From an uncultured Bacteroidota bacterium (lineage in GTDB: Bacteria > Bacteroidota > Bacteroidia > Chitinophagales > Chitinophagaceae): a stretch of 60,217 nt of DNA. The position numbers were made by a program, and so were the translations under genes. The stretch is from assembly GCA_903862505.1 (NCBI GenBank), contig CAIOYQ010000054.1, positions 1 to 60,217 on the forward strand, given 5' to 3'. Position 1 is the first letter of the stretch. Each line of letters opens with the position of its first letter. Shown here piece by piece: positions 1-8,384 of the stretch. The notes beneath the pieces were generated by a model. That model worked only from the letters and a program-made list of their open reading frames with translations, did not search any database and was not told where the DNA came from.

Positions 1-108
<108 letters not shown>

Positions 109-115
109 ATTTATT

Positions 116-153
116 AAAGAATCCTCATCATTTATTTGATGAGGATTTTTTTT
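116..153 (+). terminator. Intrinsic terminator after 5S rRNA, probably also serving the convergent methyltransferase gene
   Basis: Hairpin AATCCTCATCA-tttatt-TGATGAGGATT followed by a T-run. Confidence 0.85.
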
Positions 154-164
154 GCCCATACTTT

Positions 165-911
165 TTATTTCTTCTTTGCTACCACTAGCCAATCCCAAGG
201 TTTAGGGTTTTTTAACCAGGTTGGTGGTTTATGGAATTCAGTATTCCAGTTGTATTTTATTTTTTCTATCTCAAGCACTTTAAAACCTTCTAAGGTAAGC
301 AGCAGATCTAGCTCTTCTTTTAAAAAATGTTTTGTAGGCACATCGTCAATATCCGTCACCCCGTCTTTTATGTATCTTATTTGTGTAATAGCTCTTTTAC
401 CTGTAGGTGCTTTATCATTTTTCGCATCATCTACATTGAATTTATTGGCGATGATATGACTATACAACTTTGATTCTAATGAAGGAACCACTAGCACTAA
501 GTCTCCGCCTTTTTTTATAAAGGAGGCCATATGCTTAAAAAATAGATTTCTCTTTTTTAAATGTGCTGTTAAGATCGCATTAATACAAATGGCTGCATCA
601 TATTTTTGTTTACGCACTGTAGAGGCAGACATATCAACCCTTTCATAGCTTATGTTGTCAAACTGCTTATATTTTTGTGCTGCAATTTTTAAATTCTTAG
701 CTGATATGTCAATGGCTTGAACTTTTCCAAAGTTAGGTGCTAATACGGGCATCCATTTTCCTACTGCACAGCCTATGTCAATGATGCTTTTCTTTTTACT
801 TGCAAAAGATAGAATAGATTTTACAATTTTCCCTGATGCATCATTTTTAAGTACATCAAAAATCTCTGTTTCATATTTTGGTGCCATTTTTTCCCAGTAA
901 CTTTTTTCCAT
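165..911 (-). CDS. Class I SAM-dependent methyltransferase, substrate unknown
   Basis: Motif I IIDIGCAVG, acidic AIDIS, post-II YDAAICINA, KKGGDLVL. Confidence 0.85.
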   Translation of the reverse strand: MEKSYWEKMAPKYETEIFDVLKNDASGKIVKSILSFASKKKSIIDIGCAVGKWMPVLAPNFGKVQAIDISAKNLKIAAQKYKQFDNISYERVDMSASTVRKQKYDAAICINAILTAHLKKRNLFFKHMASFIKKGGDLVLVVPSLESKLYSHIIANKFNVDDAKNDKAPTGKRAITQIRYIKDGVTDIDDVPTKHFLKEELDLLLTLEGFKVLEIEKIKYNWNTEFHKPPTWLKNPKPWDWLVVAKKK

Positions 912-971
912 ACTTTTATTTTAGTGTTAGCGTGCTATTCAAATGATACTCATTCTAGATTTAAACGGAAA

Positions 972-1838
972 TTAAGCAACCTCATGACCTGCAGATGCTT
1001 GCCATAATTTGTAAAAGTCTTCCCTTGTTAATTGAATTTCCATTGCTTTTTTTGCACTTATAATTCTTTCAAACTGAGTTGTTCCAATCACAGGCGAAAT
1101 ATTTGCTGGATGAGTATAAAGGAATGACAATAGTATTTCATTGACGCCTGTTTCATATTTCGCTGACAATATTTTAGCGGTTGCTAATATTCGCTTATTT
1201 TTTTCTGAATCTTCTGTAAAGATTCCGTTCCCCATCGGTGACCAAGACTGTGCCTCTATTCCAATTGTTTGGCATTGATCCAATGTGCCGTCATCAAATG
1301 CATTCATATGGGTCACTGAAATTTCAACCTGATGATGCTCAATTTTGATATGCTTTTGAAGCGTGGCTACTTGATGCGTATTGAAATTAGAAACGCCGAA
1401 GCTTTTAATTTTACCAGCCCCTTTTAGCTCAATAATTGTAGCGGCTACTTCTTCTGGATTTAATAATAAATCGGGACGATGAATTAATAAAGTATCTATA
1501 TAATCGGTATGAAAATTTTGTAATGAGTTTTCAACCGATTGCTTGATATGTGCAGCACTCGTATCATAGGATTTAATAGCATGAGCGGGCCTATTGGGGG
1601 TAAGCATATTAATACCACATTTGGTGATAAGCTTCATTTGCTGACGCAAGCTACTTTTGCCTTTTATTGCTTGACCAAAATCCGCCTCGGTGGTATAGTG
1701 GCCATAAATATCTGCATGATCAAATATGTTCAAGTCTATTGACAGACATTGGTCGATGATGGTTTCGTATTGCTTTGTTGTAAAGTTAGCACCCCATATT
1801 CCCCAACGCATACATCCTACAATGGGTTTGTTTTTCAT
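972..1838 (-). CDS. Aldo/keto reductase (YdhF-like)
   Basis: GCMR, FDHADIYG, TKCGI, DYIDTLLIHRPD, GVSNF, WSP motifs. Confidence 0.9.
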   Translation of the reverse strand: MKNKPIVGCMRWGIWGANFTTKQYETIIDQCLSIDLNIFDHADIYGHYTTEADFGQAIKGKSSLRQQMKLITKCGINMLTPNRPAHAIKSYDTSAAHIKQSVENSLQNFHTDYIDTLLIHRPDLLLNPEEVAATIIELKGAGKIKSFGVSNFNTHQVATLQKHIKIEHHQVEISVTHMNAFDDGTLDQCQTIGIEAQSWSPMGNGIFTEDSEKNKRILATAKILSAKYETGVNEILLSFLYTHPANISPVIGTTQFERIISAKKAMEIQLTREDFYKLWQASAGHEVA

Positions 1839-1893
1839 AAGTTCGTTTTCGTTAGTATCTCTAAATTAATTCTTTTCTTTAAAGTGTGGACAT

Positions 1894-1923
1894 AAAAAAA
1901 CCGGCGCTCACTGAGCGCCGGTT
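1894..1923 (-). terminator. Intrinsic terminator of the RRM protein gene
   Basis: Inverted repeat AACCGGCGCTCA/TGAGCGCCGGTT with A7 on the left (U-tract on the minus strand). Confidence 0.9.
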
Positions 1924-1941
1924 GTATTGCAACGAGGTTGA

Positions 1942-2337
1942 TTAATATCTGTTATATTCACCACCGCCATTACCACCGCGATCACGGTTGTAACCGCCGC
2001 CAGTACCGCCACGGTTGAATCCGCCGCCGCCGCCGCTACGATTACCACCACCACCATAAGGCTTCTTGAAAGAAGAAGATCTTTCGCCTTCAGGACGTGG
2101 AGTTGATTCGTTTACTACGATGTTACGACCTAATACTTCAGTGTCGTGTAATTGTGCGATAGCTGCTTTAGCTTCGTCATCGTTAGCCATTTCAACAAAA
2201 CCGAAACCTTTGCTTCTGTTGTTGTTAAATTTGTCTGTTACAATTTTTGCACTTGCAGTTGCTCCGAATGGAGTAAAAAGTGCTTCAAGATCTTCGCTAG
2301 TCATGTTCCAGCTAAGATTTCCAACATAAATGTTCAT
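1942..2337 (-). CDS. RRM (RNP-1) RNA-binding protein with Gly/Arg-rich tail
   Basis: RNP2 IYVGNL, RNP1 KGFGFVEM, C-terminal GGG/RGG repeats. Confidence 0.95.
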   Translation of the reverse strand: MNIYVGNLSWNMTSEDLEALFTPFGATASAKIVTDKFNNNRSKGFGFVEMANDDEAKAAIAQLHDTEVLGRNIVVNESTPRPEGERSSSFKKPYGGGGNRSGGGGGFNRGGTGGGYNRDRGGNGGGEYNRY

Positions 2338-2483
2338 GTTCTTTAAAATTAAGTGATCTAAAAACTAATGTAGGCGACATTGCTTTCCATTAGCGTCTCC
2401 GAAGATATGTATAATATTATCAATTTCATCATTATTTACACAAATTCCCCCCAAATATCGGTAAATACCCTCTAAAAACTAAC

Positions 2484-2517
2484 AAAAAACCCTTTCTGAG
2501 GGTTCAGAAAGGGTTTT
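2484..2517 (-). terminator. Intrinsic terminator of the rpsF-rpsR-rplI operon
   Basis: AAAACCCTTTCTGA-gggt-TCAGAAAGGGTTTT with flanking A-run. Confidence 0.9.
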
Positions 2518-2564
2518 AAGGGTAGACTTGAGGTTCAAGCCTAGTTATTTGACGGAACCGAAGA

Positions 2565-3014
2565 CTATGCTTCAGCTGCGATTTCGATATCTATTTCGGT
2601 TGTTTGACCATTACCAAAGTCGATAGTTGCTTTGTAAGCACCTAGTTCTTTGATTTCATCCGCAACAGAAATTCTTCTTCTATCAATTTCATATCCCTTT
2701 TGTTCACGAATTGCTTTCGTTACTTGTAAAGAGGTGATAGAACCGAATATTTTATTGTTGGCACCAACCTTAGCAGACAATTTAACTGGACTTGCAGTTA
2801 AAGTAGCAATTACACTTGTGATTTCAGCTAACATCGCAGCTTCTTTCTTAGCTTTTGCTTTTAAACGCTCTTCCAATTGTTTTAAATTAGAAGAGGTTGC
2901 TTCTACTGCATGCTTACTTGGGAATAAAAAGTTACGAGCGTATCCGTTTTTCACGTTTACTAATTCGTCTTTTCCACCTAAGTTGTCTACTTCTTTAATT
3001 AATATTACTTGCAT
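2565..3014 (-). CDS. rplI: 50S ribosomal protein L9
   Basis: MQVILIKEVDNLG..VKNGYARNFL, KIFGSIT; start moved to ATG at 3014; follows rpsF-rpsR. Confidence 0.97.
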   Translation of the reverse strand: MQVILIKEVDNLGGKDELVNVKNGYARNFLFPSKHAVEATSSNLKQLEERLKAKAKKEAAMLAEITSVIATLTASPVKLSAKVGANNKIFGSITSLQVTKAIREQKGYEIDRRRISVADEIKELGAYKATIDFGNGQTTEIDIEIAAEA

Positions 3015-3119
3015 TGTTATTTTTTTAGTTCCCAAGAGCCCAGCATTTGACTGCTGTCACTCGCCTTGGTTTTCATTTAATATGATTGCCGCGAGATTAG
3101 GGATGGTTTACTAATTTAT

Positions 3120-3383
3120 TTATTTCATTAAATCTGTTACATAAGGTAACAAAGCCATTTGACGCGATTTCTTAATAGCGTCAGCTACTTTACGTTGATA
3201 CTTTAAAGAGTTACCGCTTAAACGACGTGGTAACATTTTACCTTGCTCGTTCAAGAATTTTCTTAAAAAATCAATGTCTTTGTAATCTACATACTTGATA
3301 CCGTACTTCTTAAAACGACAGAATTTCTTCTTTGGTTTTTCCTGTTTGATCGCGGTAAGGTATTTTATTTCATTCTTTGCCAT
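3120..3383 (-). CDS. rpsR: 30S ribosomal protein S18
   Basis: KFCRF..YVDYKD..GKMLPRRLSG..QRKVA..MALLPYV. Confidence 0.98.
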   Translation of the reverse strand: MAKNEIKYLTAIKQEKPKKKFCRFKKYGIKYVDYKDIDFLRKFLNEQGKMLPRRLSGNSLKYQRKVADAIKKSRQMALLPYVTDLMK

Positions 3384-3399
3384 GATGGTAAAAATTTAA

Positions 3400-3753
3400 T
3401 TAAGCCTCTTGTGCTTTGTGAACAGGGAAACCGCCGTTTCTCTTAATGTGGTTATACTCAACTGCGTACTTGTCAAGTCTTGTAATCATATGACGCATAA
3501 TTTGTTCGTCACGTAAAAATTGAATTTTCAATTTTTCATTTAGGTCAGAAGGACCAGTGAATTCTAGTATCCAGTAGATACCAGTTGTTTTCTTATCGAT
3601 AGGATAAGCAAGTGATTTTAAACCCCAAGGATTTGAGGCTACAGTGTCACCACCATTTTCTTTGATGATGTCTTGGTATTTTTTCTGAGTTGATTTAAAA
3701 TCATCTTCAGATAATACCGGTGTGAAAATCACCATTAATTCGTAATTGTTCAT
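3400..3753 (-). CDS. rpsF: 30S ribosomal protein S6
   Basis: MNNYELMVIFTP..WGLKSLAYPI..IMRHMI; start moved to ATG at 3753. Confidence 0.97.
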   Translation of the reverse strand: MNNYELMVIFTPVLSEDDFKSTQKKYQDIIKENGGDTVASNPWGLKSLAYPIDKKTTGIYWILEFTGPSDLNEKLKIQFLRDEQIMRHMITRLDKYAVEYNHIKRNGGFPVHKAQEA

Positions 3754-3785
3754 TACTTGAATTTTTTGGTTAAATAATTGGTTTT

Positions 3786-3835
3786 TCCCAGTGGACACTC
3801 TTTAGCAGAGCGAATCAGCCAAAACTGATTTGGGA
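3786..3835 (-). promoter_or_regulatory. Structured 5' leader of rpsF, candidate S6:S18 autoregulatory element
   Basis: Three-way junction: UCCCA/UGGGA closing stem, hairpins AAUCAG/CUGAUU and CGCUCU/AGAGUG, unpaired UCCAC; -7-like box TACCTTCG at 3846-3839. Confidence 0.55.
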
Positions 3836-3851
3836 GGGCGAAGGTAGGCTA

Positions 3852-4883
3852 TTATTGTGGATTTTCGGCCATTTTAAGGGTAAAAATGAGGGCTACCGGG
3901 AAATGATCACTAAAGCCCCCTGCAAACTGGTTTCCAATATAGGTTCTTTTGGGATATCCGGCATATTTGCCATTGGTTTCCACTAAGGCTTGATTATTGT
4001 AAACAATTGATTTGTAATTATTTAGAGTAAAATTGGATTTTTTATCTGATGCTGGACTATTCCATTTTGGGCTTAGTAGTATTTGGTCAAATAAATTCCA
4101 AGCATCATTATAGGCCAAGCTGCCTATGCCATTTTTAAACATTTTTAGAAAAGGGTTCTCCATTTGTAACTGTTTCAAGCTTTTATTGGTTGGATTGTCA
4201 TTAAAGTCACCCATTACCATAAATTTTGCATTCGGTTCTAAGGCATGAACACTGTCTATGATATTCTTGCAAATCCTGCTTGCCCAAATTCTTTTGTTGG
4301 CCGAACTTTTTTCGCCGCCTCTTCTACTAGGCCAATGGTTTACTAATATATGTACCCATTCATTGGCTAATCGGCCCTTTACATATAATATATCCCTGGT
4401 TGCATAGGTATTGAAATGGGTTTCATCGGTTAATGAGTAGGGAAGATATTGATAGGGCGTAAACTGTGCAGGATTGTATATTAATGCAACATCCACACCT
4501 CTTGGATCTTTCGAATCAAAGTGAATGAATTTATAATGATATTTTTTTAGTAGCGGGCTGGTTATTAAATTATTGAGCACCATTTTATTTTCTATTTCTG
4601 CTAAACCTAGTAATGCAATTCCATTTACATTTTCAATGATTCCTAATTTATATATCACCGTTGCCAATCGCGCCAACTTCGTATCATAGGCCAGTTGATT
4701 GTATTTTTTTTCACTATTTGGAAGGAATTCTTCATCCACTACATTGGCTTGATTGATGGTGTCATATAAATTTTCGCAGTTATAAAATCCTACGAGTATT
4801 TGTTGTCCTTGTCTTTTGTATTGCGCATTTGATATGATAGCCTGTATTAGTAACAAAGTGAGGCAGGTAAGGTACTTTATCAT
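3852..4883 (-). CDS. Secreted endonuclease/exonuclease/phosphatase (EEP) family nuclease
   Basis: Signal peptide; FYNCENLYD, LAEIEN, DPRGVDV, NHWPSR, MGDFND, FDQI, SDHFPV catalytic motifs. Confidence 0.9.
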   Translation of the reverse strand: MIKYLTCLTLLLIQAIISNAQYKRQGQQILVGFYNCENLYDTINQANVVDEEFLPNSEKKYNQLAYDTKLARLATVIYKLGIIENVNGIALLGLAEIENKMVLNNLITSPLLKKYHYKFIHFDSKDPRGVDVALIYNPAQFTPYQYLPYSLTDETHFNTYATRDILYVKGRLANEWVHILVNHWPSRRGGEKSSANKRIWASRICKNIIDSVHALEPNAKFMVMGDFNDNPTNKSLKQLQMENPFLKMFKNGIGSLAYNDAWNLFDQILLSPKWNSPASDKKSNFTLNNYKSIVYNNQALVETNGKYAGYPKRTYIGNQFAGGFSDHFPVALIFTLKMAENPQ

Positions 4884-5010
4884 ATTACGTATATTTTATT
4901 TTATGTAATGGTTGGATACCAAACCTATATTTTCTTTTCAATGCTTGCCGCGTATTTTCCGAAGATTTTCATATTCTTTTTTACTTCAAATTTGAATTTC
5001 AATTTTTTCA

Positions 5011-7452
5011 ATGGCTTTAAAAATATTTTATTTACTAATTATTATATCCTTTTGGGTATTGCCTGTGCGCGCGCAAGTGGCGAATGAAAGTATTGTGCAT
5101 GAGGAGGAGTCGTTATCAATTTCAAACACAGAGTGGGTATCTACAATGCTGAATGCTTCTGCCAATCCACTATTTAACTTTGTCACCTTTAATGGTCGTA
5201 TTTTTTCTTGGAACCTAAGAGGAGAAGCTCAGTCAGCGAAAATCATAGATGGCATTCATTGGCAGTCTACAATTAAGCAATGGAACGGAGATCGGTTATT
5301 TGCAGGAATGAATTATGCTTTTAAAAGAAACGATTTAATACTTAATGGCGCATATTCTGCCAACGGATATTGGGCCTATCCTGCCATTCAAATTTTAAGT
5401 TCTGAAAATACACAAGAGAAAAAGTCCACCACTATTTCCAGCTCATTCTCAAAAACAAGTAATACGAATCAATTAAAATCCATTGCGCTACTTTATCGCA
5501 CCGGACTTCGCCCGCATCATTTAAATATGAGTACTGCCATAAAAATAGAAGATGCGCCATTTGGTGTTTTGCCCAACGGATTTAAGCAATCACTTAATTT
5601 GTTTTTTAGTGTTGATAAAACATTCAATAATACTGCTAGCCTTGGACTTTCTTTATTTTGGAATATTTCGGATCAAGGCAGGGCCGCTACTACTACAAAT
5701 GAAGCCTTTACTTTAAGTCAACAACGGGCGTATAGTCCTAATTGGGGATGGTATCACCAAAAAGCATTTTTCCCAAGTACCAGACAAACCAATGTTCCCA
5801 TTGTCACTTTGAGGTATCAAAAAAAATGGAATGAGCGCACATGGGTGAATGTAAATAACGGAATTATATTTGGTAAGGAATCCCAATCTAATTTAGAATG
5901 GACCAATGCTGCAGACCCGCGCCCTGATTATTATAAATACCTGCCCAGTTATATTTCAGATACTGCTTTGGGGAATCAACTTCGTGAATGGTATCAACAG
6001 CATCCCCAAGATTTACAAATTGATTTTGATAAATTATCAAGAATTAATAAAGCTTCATTTAGTAGACGCTCTTTTTATATTGTGAATCAAGAAAACAGTG
6101 GGTTGCTAATGATGCATGGGAGTATCCTTTTTTCACATGCTTTTAAACAAAAAGTAAGTGTTCAATTAGGCATTCATTATGCGTTAGATCAGATTCATTA
6201 TTATAACACTATTAAAGATTTATTGGGGGGAGATTTTTTCTATAATTACAATGGTTGGATGAATGACGACGCTTTGGCCTTAAGTTTTCAGCAGGACATT
6301 CAGCATCCGGATCAAAAAATTAAAGTGGGGGAGCGATGGGGCGCAGATTATACCATGCGTTCCTTTCAAATAAAGCCCTGGATTCAGTTTCAAAAGCAGG
6401 GCCCTGTTTGGGAGTCGGCCATTGCGTTAGGATATGGGGTTGAAGGGCTTGAAAGGATTGGGTATAACCAAAATGGGTTATTTGCAAATTCTAAAGGCAT
6501 TAGTGGGTCTAATAATTTTTCGACTGCGGATATGAAAGCACAGCTTCTATATAAATTGAATGGCCGTATTTATTTTAGAAGTATATTTTTAATGCAATGG
6601 TTGGCGCCAAAATACCAAAATATTTTTTTGGATCCTGATATAAATGCAGCGGCTTCGCCTTATGCATTACAAGAAAGTAAATACGGATTTGACTTTAGTA
6701 TTTTTTATCGATCTCCTAATTTAAAAACATCAATAAGCTTCTATCAAAAATATCATGATAATGAGTCTGAGAATAAGATGTTTTATCACGATGCCTATGC
6801 ACTATTTGTGTATGGCTTTATTGGCAATATCCATACCGTTAATAATGGCGTTGAATTTGTTTTAGAGACGCCCTTATTTCAGAATATTAAACTGAATTAC
6901 GCCACTACCTTTTCAAATCGTTTTTATCAAGAAAATCCTATTTACCAATATTTGGATGTAAATAATTTGCAAATCAAAGAGTCGGGATTATTGCAAATAA
7001 AAAACTTGACCAGTAGCAATACGCCCAAACTGGTGAATGCACTCTCGTTGATCTATCAGCCTGTATTCGGGGTTACAATTGGGGTCACTACAGTGTTCGC
7101 TCAGGAGCGTCCTGTGTCCATGAATTTATTTAGAAGAAGTGATTGGGTCAAAAATAAAGTGGACCCCATTACTTGGGGGCAAATCCGGCAATTGACATTA
7201 TTGGAAGATCATTTTGTAGTGAATGCATTTGCTTCAAAATTCTTTCAGCTTAAATCTAAAAGTTCAAATAAATTATATAGATGGAGCACCAGTATTAGCG
7301 CTAGAAATATACTTAATACACTTATTCCCATCATCTCCTACGAGCAAACCAGGTTTGACTACCTACGGTTTAATAAAGACAAATTCGCATTAAAATATTT
7401 AATGGATGCTGGGGCTAGCTTTTCTGTTCGTATTCAATTACAAATTCAATAA
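5011..7452 (+). CDS. Outer-membrane beta-barrel, TonB-dependent receptor-like (divergent)
   Basis: Signal peptide, 813 aa, amphipathic beta strands, YSPNWG, ADPRPDYYKYLPSY and KDLLGG motifs, late ARNILN motif typical of TBDR C-termini. Confidence 0.7.
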   Translation: MALKIFYLLIIISFWVLPVRAQVANESIVHEEESLSISNTEWVSTMLNASANPLFNFVTFNGRIFSWNLRGEAQSAKIIDGIHWQSTIKQWNGDRLFAGMNYAFKRNDLILNGAYSANGYWAYPAIQILSSENTQEKKSTTISSSFSKTSNTNQLKSIALLYRTGLRPHHLNMSTAIKIEDAPFGVLPNGFKQSLNLFFSVDKTFNNTASLGLSLFWNISDQGRAATTTNEAFTLSQQRAYSPNWGWYHQKAFFPSTRQTNVPIVTLRYQKKWNERTWVNVNNGIIFGKESQSNLEWTNAADPRPDYYKYLPSYISDTALGNQLREWYQQHPQDLQIDFDKLSRINKASFSRRSFYIVNQENSGLLMMHGSILFSHAFKQKVSVQLGIHYALDQIHYYNTIKDLLGGDFFYNYNGWMNDDALALSFQQDIQHPDQKIKVGERWGADYTMRSFQIKPWIQFQKQGPVWESAIALGYGVEGLERIGYNQNGLFANSKGISGSNNFSTADMKAQLLYKLNGRIYFRSIFLMQWLAPKYQNIFLDPDINAAASPYALQESKYGFDFSIFYRSPNLKTSISFYQKYHDNESENKMFYHDAYALFVYGFIGNIHTVNNGVEFVLETPLFQNIKLNYATTFSNRFYQENPIYQYLDVNNLQIKESGLLQIKNLTSSNTPKLVNALSLIYQPVFGVTIGVTTVFAQERPVSMNLFRRSDWVKNKVDPITWGQIRQLTLLEDHFVVNAFASKFFQLKSKSSNKLYRWSTSISARNILNTLIPIISYEQTRFDYLRFNKDKFALKYLMDAGASFSVRIQLQIQ

Positions 7453-7457
7453 AAATT

Positions 7458-8318
7458 ATGAAAAACAAATTATGTTTATTTGGTGTAATGTCCATGGTGG
7501 GCATCTACTTATTATTAACGCCAGCTTGTTTTAAAAAATCGGCAAGTGCGGCAACAAATAGTAATTTTAGCGACTCCATTACCAGTATTAAAAGCCTTCG
7601 AAAAATGCATATAGTAGGCATGGCCGAATATATTGGGCAGCCTATATATATTCAAGGAACCGTCGTGGCCAACGATGAGCATGATAATGTATATAAATGT
7701 ATTTATGTACAAGATAAAACAGGAGGTATTGTTGTGCTTTTGGACGGCCAGGCCTTATACCAAACCTATCCAATTGGAACTTTAATTAAAATTAAAACGC
7801 AATCTCTTTTTTTAACAGATTATAGACATATGGTGCAGTTGGTTGCCTCGGTAGATTCTAGCAGTGGCACTTTAGTTACATCGGGTATTCCTACACCGAT
7901 GTTTTCGAAATATATTCAAGTAGTTGCAGACAACGAGCCCATTTATCCACTGATGGTTGGTTTTAAAAACTTGTCTGATACTTTGCAGGGTAGACTCATT
8001 CAAATTAGTGCTGTAGAATTTAGCGCAGCGGATACGGGTCAAACCTATGCAGATAAGAAAAATAAATTGGGCTTGAGCAGAAGCTTAAAATTTTGTACTG
8101 GAGGTACTATATATTTAAGGACCAGTGGGTATGCCGATTTTGCAGGTGTCAAAACCCCCTCCGGGAATGGGATTGTGATTGGTGTTTACTCGGTTTATAA
8201 CAACGAAAAGCAAATTATTTTAAGAGACACAAATGACATTTTGTTAACGGCAAAGCGGTGTACAGGTGCTGCCTGGCTGCAAAATTTACCTCAAACGGCC
8301 CCGAAGGCCCCCATTTAG
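7458..8318 (+). CDS. Lipoprotein with DUF5689-like (OB-fold) domain
   Basis: Lipobox LTPA-C; IQGTVVAND..NVYK..VQDKTGGI, LRTSGYADFA..PSGNG..Q..LRD pattern. Confidence 0.7.
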   Translation: MKNKLCLFGVMSMVGIYLLLTPACFKKSASAATNSNFSDSITSIKSLRKMHIVGMAEYIGQPIYIQGTVVANDEHDNVYKCIYVQDKTGGIVVLLDGQALYQTYPIGTLIKIKTQSLFLTDYRHMVQLVASVDSSSGTLVTSGIPTPMFSKYIQVVADNEPIYPLMVGFKNLSDTLQGRLIQISAVEFSAADTGQTYADKKNKLGLSRSLKFCTGGTIYLRTSGYADFAGVKTPSGNGIVIGVYSVYNNEKQIILRDTNDILLTAKRCTGAAWLQNLPQTAPKAPI

Positions 8319-8343
8319 TTGTCAGCTTGTCAGTATTGGGGCT

Positions 8344-8360
8344 TTGGTACCCTTATTGCT
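8344..8360 (+). promoter_or_regulatory. Putative sigma54 (-24/-12) promoter of htpG
   Basis: TTGGTACCCTTATTGCT gives exact GG-N10-GC spacing, 24 nt before the ATG. Confidence 0.65.
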
Positions 8361-8384
8361 ATATTAGTATCAAATAGAATAATT

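Noticed and set aside
1960-2057. Repeated CCG/CCA triplets
   Set aside because: These are the Gly codons of the RRM protein's Gly/Arg-rich tail, not an independent repeat element
3120-3753. Absence of Shine-Dalgarno sequences, even at ribosomal protein genes
   Set aside because: Established phylum-wide trait of Bacteroidota, not novel
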